Shown here piece by piece: positions 13,165 to 25,630 of a stretch of 64,000 nucleotides of DNA. This DNA is from Octopus vulgaris (taxonomy: Eukaryota), in the NCBI GenBank assembly GCA_951406725.2, contig OX597829.1, positions 48,298,001 through 48,362,000 on the forward strand, written 5' to 3'. The position numbers were made by a program, and so were the translations under genes. Below the pieces are notes generated by a model, which saw nothing but the letters and a program-made list of their open reading frames with translations, was not told the origin of the DNA and ran no database searches. How positions within the stretch are numbered: the stretch's first letter is position 1; every line of letters begins with the position of its first letter.

Positions 13165-13420
13165 ATAGTGTAATGGTTAAGAGCGTGGGCTACTAACCCC
13201 AAGATTCCGAGTTTGATTCCAGGCAGTGACTTCAATCATAATAATAGCATCAAAAAGTATGTTAGTAATGAGAACCCAGGTTCAAAATTTCCCCAAGGCA
13301 CCTGATGAAGGCTGGAGTGTATATCAGCCGAAATGTTGTGTTAACGTAAACAAGATGAGGACAAATATCCATCAAATGTAAATAATGTACATAATTCCTC
13401 ATCTCTTAAATATGGAACTG
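13165..13420 (+). mobile_element. tRNA-headed short retroelement carrying a Penelope-type hammerhead ribozyme
   Basis: tRNA-like head (A box TAGTGTAATGG, anticodon arm GGG-CTACTAA-CCC, B box GAGTTTGATTCC), then an (AAT)n linker, then a hammerhead motif at 13297-13342. Homologous segments lie at 12841-13030 (-) and about 3545-3745 (-). Confidence 0.7.
13297..13342 (+). ncRNA. Minimal type I hammerhead ribozyme motif (Penelope-like)
   Basis: GGCAC (stem I) CTGATGA A GGCTG-loop-CAGCC (stem II) GAAA TG T T GTGTT (stem I'). TG here versus CA in the 3597-3642 copy implies an ancestral CG, giving the palindromic ACGT stem III of minimal PLE hammerheads. Confidence 0.65.
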
Positions 13421-13422
13421 AA

Positions 13423-13456
<34 letters not shown>

Positions 13457-14119
13457 ATGGTAAACGATCAAGTTTTGATTGGACGTAAATTTGATGATGT
13501 CTTGGTCAAAATAGTTTTGTTTTGGTAATGTCCAATGTTCTGGTTGGTTGACTTACTGGTGAGGACTTGGTAACCTGTTTTCTGTCTGATGGTCAGCAAG
13601 CATTGTTGTTTGTTTTGGTTCCTTTAAGAAGCCACTAGTTTGGTCAGGTCATTGCTTATTTGTTTTTTCTGAGAGTCTGGTTTCAACCAGAGAAAAATCT
13701 CATTGGTTTAAACCTGGTGTGACATCAGCAACAATTGTTTGAGAAGGGGTTAGATGTTACTGTACAGTATTTTGGAGTTGGGGTTTCAAATCCCTAAGAA
13801 AATCTGTTGCTAAAACTTTTCGGTTTATATCTGTTGTCTCTGGTCCCTTTTCTTGAATAAACTTGGTATTCTCTTTCTGGTGTTTTATCATAGGATATTT
13901 AGTTGTGGTAAACATGTTTTTCCAAACTTTACCTTGTAACTTTAAACTCTCCTAAATCCTTTATTTATTCGGGTTTTTTTTACCAATGATAAGCAAAAAA
14001 TTGCTGAAACAATTTGGTATTTGAAAAAAAATCTATTACAAAATTTAAAATCAACTATACATTTTGTGATTCAGGTGCATTTTCAAACCCCCAAACAGAT
14101 TCTCCTATATATATATATA

Positions 14120-14517
14120 CTAGCAGTATCGCCTGGCGTTGCTCGGGTTTGTAAGGTAAATAACTATATAAGCATTTTTAGAGAGTTATAGCCAAAAAAT
14201 AGCAAAAAAATGCATTAAAAATAGAAAAAAAATGATGGTAAATTTTTTTTAAAATCGTTGACTCATCGTAGACATTTTTAGAGAGTTACTTCCCTTATAT
14301 AATAGCGAAAAAAATGCATTAAAATGGAAAAAATGATGGTAAATTTTTTTTTAAATTACAGACTCATCGTAGATATGCGCTAATACCCAGAAGGGCTCGA
14401 TATGAATCACAACTATAAGATACCCGGTTTTGGTTAAACTTCACCGCAAAATGTGGGAGTAGTTAGGAATCTAAATCGTAGGAGACAGACACACAACTTC
14501 TCTTTTATATATAAAGA
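14120..14517 (-). mobile_element. Non-autonomous Helitron
   Basis: The minus strand starts TCTTTATATATAAAA and ends with a subterminal hairpin (CCCGAGCAACGCCAGG) plus CTAG, inserted between A and T. Near-identical copy at 56968-57369. Confidence 0.85.
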
Positions 14518-14531
14518 TATGATGATGATGA

Positions 14532-14575
<44 letters not shown>

Positions 14576-14762
14576 GGTATCAGTTAAAATAGCAAGGAAG
14601 GCAAGCAAGCAACCAAGGCAGGACTATAGCATTTAAATTCATTTAATTCAATCTAAAAATAATAAGATAATACAAAACAGGTGAAGATAGTAGAATGCAT
14701 GCCTATTAGTTTGAGTTACCTACCTACCTATCTTTCAATCAATAGTAAACAAATTGATAGTG

Positions 14763-14797
<35 letters not shown>

Positions 14798-15680
14798 TAA
14801 AAAAGGAGATGTGGAACACGAGTTGTGATATATAAAAAAAGGAAATGAAGAAAATGCTGACAAAATAATTTAAGTAAGGGAGAGTGTATTTAATTAGGTG
14901 AAAGTTCTTTTTTTAAACAAAAAAAGAAAAAAATTGTGTTAGAATACAATGTTCATTTTTTGTGAATGATTTCAGTGTATAAGAAAAAAAGTAAGAGTCT
15001 TTTACAGTGTTCTGTTTCAGAATAAGATATTTAGTAAAAGCGTGTAATATACAGTTTTTTGTGGAAAAAGTTCAATGTCAAATTTCAGTGTAGAATAAAA
15101 AAAGTAAGAGTTTACCAGTTGCGCATTTGTTATGCTTATCAAAAGATATTTAGAGTTCCTTTCTGATTGATTTTTTTCTCTTATCTGACTTTATGTTGGG
15201 TTTGCTGTCTCTTATATGTGAAAAAAGAGGCTCCAGAGTTGTTTAAGATTAGCTTGGTTTCGCGCCTAAAATTTCTTGTGGACAATGGTCAATACAATTT
15301 TGATTGGTCATTATAAAGGGGTCACATGAATGTTTGAATGGAAGTTGGTGTTGGGGTAAGAAAATAGGCCCCAGAGATGTTAAAATTTGGCTGGTATCAT
15401 ACCTAAAATTTCTTATTGGTCATAATAAAGAGGTCAAGTGAATGTGGTCATAATAGAGAGGTCATGTGAATGTTTAGAATGAATGTTGGTGTAGGTGGTG
15501 TATGGAGTTTTCGAAAATAGTGTTGTTGAAAATTCTTATTGTTCAGGCTGGTCAGTAGACGTCATGTGGATATTTTGAATAGTTTTTTAGAGAGTAGTTA
15601 AGGAGTGTATTTTCCGCTTGACTGAATTTGAGCTGGAAAAGTAAGTTCGGTTAGGACAGGAAGAGCTATATGTATGTATG

Positions 15681-15729
<49 letters not shown>

Positions 15730-15915
15730 ATATGTATGTTGGGGCATGCACACGTGTATATATGTGTGCGTGTGTGGGTACAATTTTCAATATTTATAGT
15801 TCTGCTGGCCTTGTGCCTGTATCCGGAAGCAACGTGTTTGTGTGAAGTCAATATTTACAGTCATTTCCAAAAAATAGTGTTGGATGTTTTGCACCCGTAT
15901 CAAATTATGTGTATG

Positions 15916-15952
<37 letters not shown>

Positions 15953-16444
15953 ATACTAACTGAGTATCCTGTAATTGTCAGATAATTTTCACAATAGAAT
16001 ACCTTTATTTCAATTCTTTTTAATTCTACATCAGACCATTCTTCTCTAATGGATAAGCTTCTTAATCCAGTCATATTTATGCATTATTTGGGGAAATTTA
16101 TAACGTATTGATTAACTAATTTTTTTGTATTTCCATTTCGTGCAGAGATGCAAAGAATTTTCTTATCTTGCTGTTGATGCTTTGTGAAGGTCTTTCGACT
16201 TTGTTGCACTAATGAAATTCTTTACACAGCGTGCTCAATAAGCATATACAAAGAGTGACAGGGAGTATGGTAAATATATATAGAGAGGATGAAAGTTTAC
16301 ATTGAGAAAAGTATAAGTGAAAGAGACAGACAAAGAGAGAGAGAGAGAGAGAGAGAGAGGGGAGAGAGGATCTTTTCTGCTGTTGTCACAGATTTTGAAA
16401 TTTTAAAACTAACTGAAAATTTTCTAGTTTGGTATATTGATGTA

Positions 16445-16958
16445 CCATAAATCCTCAAGTATAGTCCACCCTTGAGTATAATATGCAGGGGATTTTTAGG
16501 GGGCTGTAACTCTGAAAAACCTAAATCTTGTGTATAATACATACCCCTTCTCTAACTTGAGTCAAGGAGGTCTATATAACGTCCTTGATTTGTAAAACTG
16601 TATACAGTAACGTCCTTTATTATTATTGTGCATATAACATATGTGTAGCTTTTTTGTGCATTTCGTTTGCAGAAAATAAAGAAATAACAGTAATAACAGT
16701 AATAATGTTTAATAAATGTTGCTTACTGCAAGTTATGGATGATTCTTTTATGACTTCATTGCTTTCAGGCTTAGCTTAAGGCATTTTCATGCCCGACATC
16801 ACAAAATGTGTCTGAATAAACATTGCTGGACAGCAAATAGAGACTCGGACATTGCTTAGAAAATAATTTTCATTTATAACCTCATATATAGTACACACTA
16901 GGGATTTTGACCTTTAAATTTTGGGAGAAAAATGCGGATTATACTCAAGGATTTACGG
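16445..16958. mobile_element. pogo/Tc1-type MITE
   Basis: TIRs CCATAAATCCTCAAGTATAGTCCAC / GCGGATTATACTCAAGGATTTACGG with TA on both sides. Confidence 0.75.
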
Positions 16959-17514
16959 TACTTTTTCATGGTGGATCTGATTTTGTGATTTATTTATTTA
17001 TTTATTCAAAAAAAATTTTTAGAAATATGTTACAGAGGTTTACAGTTTGATAATTTTTTTTACCCAATCAGAAAACAGGATTTGGAAGCTAGCATTTTCT
17101 GCATGATAGCTGTCTATCATAAAATGAAAGTAAACATGACAACAATGAAGTTTTAAACAAAACAAAGGCGATTACATGTCACATCAAGAGAGTGGGGGAG
17201 CAGCATGAGAGTGATAAAGAGGGTGGTGACTATATATAAAGAGGGAAAAAGCCAAAAGAAAGAGAGAGCCTGATGAAGACAGATGGAGAGAGAAAGATTT
17301 GTTAATCTACAAGTTGAGTTATCTCTCATAGAGATTAGCTTTTTTCGATTAATTATAACTGAATACCTTGTCCTTGGGATGCAGATTTCAAATTTCAAAT
17401 CTATTTTCCTTGAGGATGCACTGTTTTGGAGCTTTTCCATGACATATTCACATACATAGACACATACATTCTCATTCATATAGTATATAATGTGTGTGTG
17501 TGTATGTGTGGTGT

Positions 17515-18080
<566 letters not shown>

Positions 18081-18114
18081 ATCACACATGCATATTTGTC
18101 TATCTGTCCACCTG

Positions 18115-18153
<39 letters not shown>

Positions 18154-18715
18154 CTTGTGTGTGTGTCTCTCTTGTACCTCCCTCTCTTTCTCTCTCTTCC
18201 ACACTCTCTCTCTCTATATATATGAAAGACAGAAAGGGGAGAGAGTGAAAAAGAAAGAGAGATAAGAGAGAGAAAAAGGAAGAGGAGAGCAAGAGAGAGA
18301 GAGAGTGAATATGAAAATTAGGATAAAATAACAAAGAAATAAGAATGAGTTTCTGAGTAAGAATGAGAAAAAATAAGTAGAAAAAATAAGGGAAAAGAAG
18401 TAAAAGAAAATAAAAGAGAAAAACAGATTTAAGAAAAATAAACACACGACAGGAGAACTAGAGAGAAAAACACTTGTTATGATGAGATCAAATTACACGT
18501 GTTCTTTACTTTCCAACAAATTTATAAATGATCTCTTGTTTTCAAGACATGGAATCATAAGATAATTTCCATTTATAGCACTTTTAGGGGTGGGGTTTAA
18601 TTGATTGCATCGATCGATCCATTCTTTAACTGGTACTTAATTTTATCATTCCCCTGAAAGGATAAATGGCAAGATTGCCCTTGGTGGTGTTTAGGTTTGA
18701 AAGTAAAATCACAAG

Positions 18716-20445
18716 AAATATAAGGACACAGATTGTGTTGTACAGCCAGCTGGAGACGATGTCTCCTGGGGCTAAATTACAGCAACATCCATCCTAAACC
18801 AGGACTGCCATGTTATATTGGCAAACAATCTTTACTCCGAAGTTCTGTTGCTGAATGTCTCTTATTGTGACAATTACAAATAGTATTGGGTTGGCAACTA
18901 AGTTCCCGCCGTTTTTTAAATTTAAATTTTTAAAAAGGCTTAAAAAAAATGACAACTAATTAATCAATAATGTATTCATCCTTGTTGTTTACAACTTCTT
19001 CCCAATGTTCAACAAGATTTTCAATACCTCATAGGTAGAAATTATGCGATTTCGACTCGAAAAATTGATCCAACCAACCTCTCAGTTCTGCATCAGTATT
19101 GAACAAAACTGCGCACATAGCATTTAAAAGAGATTGAAAGAGATGGAAATCCATTGGTGCCAAATCAGGAGAGTACAGTGGGTGTGGCAGTACTTCCCAG
19201 CCATGCGTTTGAATGGCTTCCTTGGTTATATTGGCGATATGAGGGCAGGTGTTGTCGTGCAGCAGAAGAACTCCATGCTGCCGATTAGGTCTTTTCTCTT
19301 GAATAGCCATGTTGAGTCATTCCATCAGTTGAACATAGAGTTCTATGTTGACTGGTTCTGTTCAAGCAATTCGTAATAGATAATCCCTTCCCAGTCCCAC
19401 CATACGCACAACATCATTTTACAGAGATGAAGATCTTGTTTCACGTGCGGTGTCACTTGTTTACCAGGGCTAAGCCATTCCTTACGCTACTTCATATTGA
19501 TGTACAGGCACTATTTTTCATCGCCAGTAATGATTCGGTAAAGAAATCATTGCTTGTGTCCATGAGTTGAGTGGTGACAAGCAAGCAGACCAGTGGAGAT
19601 TGTGGCTCATTAATTTTTGATGTTATCACTTAAAGCATGCAGAACACATGCTCCATACTTCTGAACCTTTCCCATCGAGTGAAGATGCTTCTCTATAGCA
19701 GTGTGGGAGCATTCCATTTTCTCTGCCAGTTCCCTTGTTGTTTGCAAAAGTTGCTTTAATTGCTCTTCATCAAACTCAACTGGATGGCCAGAACGAGGTG
19801 AGTCTTTGAGGTCAAAATTTCCATTTTTGAACTTGGTATACCAATCACGAGTGGTTCTTTCAGTTACGGCACCCTCTCCATACACAGCACAAATGTCGTG
19901 AGCAGCTTTTATGGCCTTTGAGCCTTGATTAAAAGCAAAAGAAGGAGGTATCGAAAATGCTCGTTTTTCTTAACTTGACATTCCATTTTAATGATCTGAA
20001 AATAAACAAAAATTAACTAAAATTAACTAAACAAAAAAATAGATTCCAAAATGACTCAAAAATAGAATTCTCAAAAAAAAAAAAATTCCAAAATTTAAAA
20101 ACGCAATAAATTCCAAAATTTTAAAAAACAGCATGAACTTAGTTGCCAACCCAATAATTTTCGAAATTATAGATCAATTATTCTGTACTGATGAAGAGGA
20201 ATAACCCAGAAATCACGATACACTGATATTGTTTTGAGCTGAGTTGGGGTGTCAGAGTCCCTTGTTCGAAAATATAAGGACACAGATCATGTTGTATAGC
20301 CAGCTGGAGACGATGTCTCTTGGGGCTAAATTACAGTAACATTTGTCCTAAACCAGGACTGCCATATTATGTTGGCAAATAATCTTTACTCCAAAGTACT
20401 GTTGCTGAATATCTCTCGTTGTGAAATTTAAAAATAGTAATTTTC
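18716..20445 (+). repeat. Direct tandem repeat (about 283-bp period, about 1.6 copies) split by the mariner, with a hammerhead-like motif
   Basis: 18716-18885 matches 20269-20440 (AAATATAAGGACACAGAT..AAATAGTA). CTGATGA at 20188 and GAAA at 20209 lie between the two copies. Confidence 0.75.
18886..20154 (-). mobile_element. Near full-length mariner (DD34D, mellifera-subfamily-like) with a pseudogenised transposase
   Basis: TIRs TTGGGTTGGCAACTAAGTTC / GAACTTAGTTGCCAACCCAA flanked by TA. The transposase at about 19986-18960 (MECQVKKNEHFRYLLLFAFNQG..RSGHP..LLHDNTCPH..HPLYSPDLAPMDFHLF) has stops and frameshifts. Confidence 0.93.
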
Positions 20446-21224
20446 TAGATAAAAGAAGAAATACCGTTTAGCATTTTGTTCAACTTGCTTATGATTCAGC
20501 CAACTCTCCTGAATATGTCGTTTTTGTTTGTTCCTTCCCAACCCATACCTGACTCATAAGGGCCGGTTTCCTGGCTTCATTGGCGTATAGGTTCCCCACC
20601 TGGATAGGATGCCAGTTTATCTCAGGTGAGCTGCTAGATGCAGGAGGAAAGAGTGAAGGACAGTTGTGGTGAAAGAGTCAGCAGAAGTTCACCATTACCT
20701 TCTGCCAGAGCCACATGGAGTTTAGATATTTCACTCATAAACACACATATTGCCTGGTCTGAGATTCGAACTTGCAATCCCTCAACCGTGAGTCTGCTGC
20801 TTTAACCACTAGGCCATGTGCCTCCACCACCTATATATGACCATTACTAAATTGTTACCCACTCTTTCTCTGCCTACTCTCTCTCTCTCACTTGCACAGA
20901 CATAAACAAACATACTACAGAAGCTTTCGCACAGTTTCCATGTATCAAATTCACATCAACAAGCAAAGATTGCATCCCAAGGCTGCCATAAACAAATCGA
21001 GAATGAACCTCTTTAAAAAGGGGGAAAATAGTTAGCAAGTACATTCTTGATGTTTTTAACCTCAAAATCAGGACTACTACAAAATTAGAACAATGGAATA
21101 GCAGGAGCACCATTATTAAGTGTTCTTACAACATTAAAAATATACCATATTGCAGATTCACCCAGTTGGATATAGTGGATTTTATGTTGAATATTATGTT
21201 GGTATTATTTTTTCTTGCCCTTTG

Positions 21225-21500
21225 TAAGCCTAGCCAGGCTCATGGGCCTGGTTTCCCGGTTTCTGTGGCATGTGTTCCCCCCAGTCCATCGCAGCGTTAC
21301 TCAAGAAACAGGAAGAAAGAGTGAGAGAAAGTTGTGGTGAAAGAGTAAAATAGGGGTTGCCACCACCCCCTGCCAGAGCCTTGTGGGCCTTTTAGGTGTT
21401 GGCACTAAATAAACACACAGAACACCCGGTCTGGGAATCGAAACCGCAATCATTCGACCGCAAGTCCGCTGCCCTAACCACTGGGCCATTGCACCTCCAC
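21225..21500 (-). mobile_element. tRNA-derived SINE family C
   Basis: Minus-strand head GTGGAGGTGCAATGGCCCAGTGGTTAGGGCAGCGGAC..GGTTTCGATTCCC. Related copies at about 20540-20830(-), 30310-30595(-), 44335-44647(-) and 370-625(+). Confidence 0.85.
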
Positions 21501-21920
21501 TGTTGATATTATGTTGGATATTATGATATTATGTTATGATATTATGTTGATATTATGTTGAATATTATGTGGATATTATGTTGAATAAGTTGAATCTCTA
21601 TTAATTTTTCTTTGAACCTGTAGGAAATATATAATGGATTCATAATCAAGGAATTGAAACCTCAGTCTATTTGTTTGACCTGTCAAATTTTGCCATTATC
21701 TAAGATGAGCTAGAGGTCAATCTAGATAAACCCATATTTGAATTTTCAGTGACCTAGTTCAGCTGTTACATTTGTACCTGTAAAAAAAACATGATACCTG
21801 TAAAAAAATGTGATACCTGTAAAAAATTCTTTCTGAGATATCCAGACAGTTTACTTCTGTCATTTATAGCAACTTCAATGAGACTTAACTCCCCCACCAC
21901 CACCACCACCCACACACATA

Positions 21921-22837
21921 CGAGGTGGTATCAGAAAGTTTCTGGACTAGTTCTGTTGCATGTCAACAGATGGCAGTACACGGTTGTATGCATGGTGAGA
22001 GCTTGTAGTGACCTTCACGAAGTAGTGTGCTGAGTGACATCACTATGTTTACTTCACAAGTTGTGAAATTTGTGCTTTTGTGATGACATGTCTGCTGTAG
22101 TCTATGATTTTTTGTCATGGACAGAAACAAAGAGCCAATGTGGAATTTTGTGTTAAACTTGGGAAGCTTGATGCAGAGACATTGAAGATGCTTCGGCCAG
22201 TTTACGGCAAAAAAACAATGAGTTGGGCGCAATACTTTGAGTGGCACAGGCATTTCAAAAGCAGAAGAACATCTCTGGAAAGTAATCTGGAAGACCTGCC
22301 ATGTGTGTCACCCCTGGAAATGTGGTATTGTGCATTGAGAATACATCCCTCAGGGCCAGACCATCAGTTAGGAGTTCTACTGTGATGCCTTGAAGCATTT
22401 GACAGAGGACATTCAGTGGAATCGACCAGATCAGTGGAGCATGAAGAATCGGATTCTTCATGATGACAATGGACCCTGTCACCAAGCTCTCCTTACTCGT
22501 GAGTTACCCCACCAAAAACAACATGGTAATGCTTCCACACCTGCTCTATTCACCAGATTTAGCACCTGTGGACTTCTGTCTCTTCTCCAAGATGAAAATA
22601 CAGCTGAAAGGTCACCATTTTAACATTGTTGTTGAAGTCCAGAGTGAATCACAGAAGTTCCTCGACTCACTTATCGAAAATGACTTCCAGGCCGAATTCC
22701 AAAAGTGGTGGGAACATTGGAACCAGTTTATTGCTGTGCAAGGTGACTATTTCAAAGGAAATGATGTTAGAACTTAAGGTAAATAAGTTATTTTTTATCA
22801 AATATAAGTAATCCAGGAACTTTCTGATACAACCTCA
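21921..22837 (+). mobile_element. Internally deleted mariner fossil (irritans/vertumnana-type)
   Basis: TIRs CGAGGTGGTATCAGAAAGTTTCTGGA / TCCAGGAACTTTCTGATACAACCTCA, with TA on the left. Peptide remnants QRANVEFCVKLGK, ILHDDNGPCH and HLLYSPDLAPVDFCLF. Confidence 0.88.
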
Positions 22838-23489
22838 AACATTAACTTTTTTGTATGAGTCTTGCACCAGTTACCTTCTTATTTTCACTGACTTAGTGAC
22901 AGACTAATATAAGTACTGAGTAGAAGATTTTTGTTGCTAACGACCATCATCTGCTGCACAATTTTTTGTGTTTTCTTCCAACTCATTGCACTTGTAACAA
23001 ATGAATAAAATCTTTAATAAATACACACTATCTTTTCTCAATTTATTTTAATACAACCAGAAATTCTTAAATTATCACATCTCCACATGGTACAAATCCT
23101 TTTTCATGAAAGCGCTGGATTTCAGGAGATGATTTTTTTTCTACAATTAGCAACATAAATGCAAAGATAATAATGTTCGCATACACACATATCATTTGTT
23201 ATTCAGTGAGGAACATAGAATATCAATGATCTTTTAAGAGCTTCCAGATCAAGACAGGAGATTATCAGATTAAATATCTGCAGGTTGATGTTATTTACAA
23301 AGAAAGAAAGTAAAAAAAAAAAACAAAGAATGATAAAGAAGATCCAAAAGCATAAGGTTCAATGCAGGAAAAGTTGAATGAAGTGAATACCCTTCATGTT
23401 TGAAAAATGTGAGTCACAGTAAGAGACAAAAAAAAAAAAGAGAAGTCTCATTGTATGAGTATTGCAGCTTAGTTACCATAGTTTTAGAG

Positions 23490-24485
23490 CAAGGGTTCTC
23501 AACCATTTTTTATCTATGGACCCTTTTGATTACTATTTTATTCAGGTGGGCCCCATAGCCATTCTATGTTTAAAAATTTGTTTATAGAAACTGTTTTCAA
23601 AAATCCCTATTTTGTTTTTCTCACACATTAACTTGTGTAGGTTGAACAATGTAAAATGTTAGAGAAAGAAACCTAACTATTTCTTACAATACATACTAAT
23701 ACATACTTCAAAAGCAGGGGTTACTCTTTTCTCTTTTATTCTTTTACTTATTTCAGTCATTTGACTGTGGCCATGCTGGAGTACCACCTTACAGCAGGCT
23801 TCTTTCAGTTTCCATCTACCAAATCCACTCACAAGGCTTTGGTCGGCCCAAGGCTATAATAGAAGACACTTGCCCAAGGTGCCACGCAGTGGGACTGAAC
23901 CTGGAACCATGTGGTTCATAAGCAAGCTACTTACCACACAGCCACTATCTATGAACCCCTTTGATTATGTTATTCTGGTGGACTCCCATAGTCATTCGAT
24001 GTTTAAACCTAGTTTTATAGAAAATTCTTTCGAAATTTCGTATTTTGTTTTTCCACACGTTCACTTGTGTAAGTTGAACTATGTAAAATGTTAGAGAAAG
24101 AAACCTGACTGTTTCTTGCAATACATACATCTAAGGCAGGGGTTCTCAACCATTTTTAATCTATGGACCCCTTTCATTACTATTTTATTCTAGTGGATCC
24201 CCATAGCTATTTGATGTTTAAAAACTAGTCTTATAGAAACTTTTTAAATTCCTATTTTGTGTTTCACACATTAACTTGTGTTGGTTGAATTTTGTAAAAG
24301 ACAGAAATCTAATTATTTCTTGTAATACATATCAATAGATACATCTAAAGCAAAATTTTTTCAGGGGCCCTTAAAATACTATTGTGATTTCCAATTTACT
24401 GTTTTTTTTGGTTTTTTTTACTGTTTTGTTGCAAAAACCTTATATGGACCCTCAGAGCCATATGTACCCCAGTTGAGAACCCTTG
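23490..24485. mobile_element. hAT (Charlie-like) non-autonomous element with internal triplication and a nested SINE remnant
   Basis: 14-bp TIRs CAAGGGTTCTCAAC / GTTGAGAACCCTTG and a perfect 8-bp TSD TTTTAGAG (23482-23489, 24486-24493). The 5' 200-230 bp occurs three times, and a deleted SINE sits at about 23723-23946. Confidence 0.9.
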
Positions 24486-24733
24486 TTTTAGAGGAAGCCA
24501 AAAGAGAAAGCAAAATATCTTCAAGAGCAACATGATGTTATGTTGTAGTGTATTTGTGTTGATGAGTCTAAATTTTCCTGGGTCTGTTGAATCACGGTTT
24601 GGAAGAAAACAAGAATGGTCGTGTGTAGAATGTCAGTGACTGAAATGAATGATCAGGACTGAATGAATGCATGTTATGGTCTTAATAACGAAGCTTAGTC
24701 TTTGGAAAACAGTACTGACAATGTAATGTATAC

Positions 24734-24772
<39 letters not shown>

Positions 24773-25039
24773 TGTGTATGTGTGTGTGAATGCTAAAATT
24801 AGGTTGTGGGATTTTACATTTGTAGTGATTTGTGAGAGCCTTAACTGTGTGTCGTTCTTCCTATATAGAGTAAAAGAAAGGGCGTGGTGTCAAAACTGCT
24901 TCCTTGATAATTTTATGAATTGGGTTTTTGTTGAAAAATATCAACACAAATTGGTTCCGTTGATAGTGAGTGTGCATGTGTGTATGCGTGTGTGTGTTTA
25001 TATCTGTACCTATCTTTCATATATATATGTATATCTATG

Positions 25040-25078
<39 letters not shown>

Positions 25079-25564
25079 ACTTTTTACTCTTTTACTTGTT
25101 TCAGTCATTTGACTGCGGCCATGCTGGAGCACTGCCTTTAGTCGAGCAAATCAACCCTGGAACTTATTCTTTGTAAGCCCAGTACTTATTCTATCAGTCT
25201 CTTTTGCCGAACTGCTAAGTGACGGGGACGTAAACACACAAGCATCGGTTGTCAGGCAATGCTAGGGGGACAAACACAGACGCACAAACACACACACACA
25301 CATAAATATATATACATATATACGACAGGCTTCTTTCAGTTTCCGTCTACCAAATCCACTCACAAGGCATTGGTCGGCCTGGGGCTATAGCAGAAGACAC
25401 TTGCCCAAGATGCCACGCAGTGGGACTGAATCCGGAATCATGTGGTTGGTTAGCAAGCTACTTACCACACAGCCACTCATGCGCCTATATATGCATAATA
25501 TATGTATATATATGTATATATATATGTATATATGTATATATATGTATTATGTATATATGCATAA

Positions 25565-25630
<66 letters not shown>

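Larger units (their letters stand above)
11929..14110. mobile_element. About 2.2-kb DNA element with roughly 190-bp degenerate TIRs, hosting nested SINEs
   Basis: 11929-12114 (ATATAAGAGAATTAGTTTTGGTGTCTGAAATTGCACCTGAATCTC..AAACATGTTTA) aligns with the reverse complement of 13910-14110. Superfamily not assigned. Confidence 0.7.

Noticed and set aside
12965-13235. Functional tRNA genes
   Set aside because: The tRNA-like heads lack a proper acceptor stem and run directly into repeat bodies; they are retroelement heads. The same applies to SINE families A-C.
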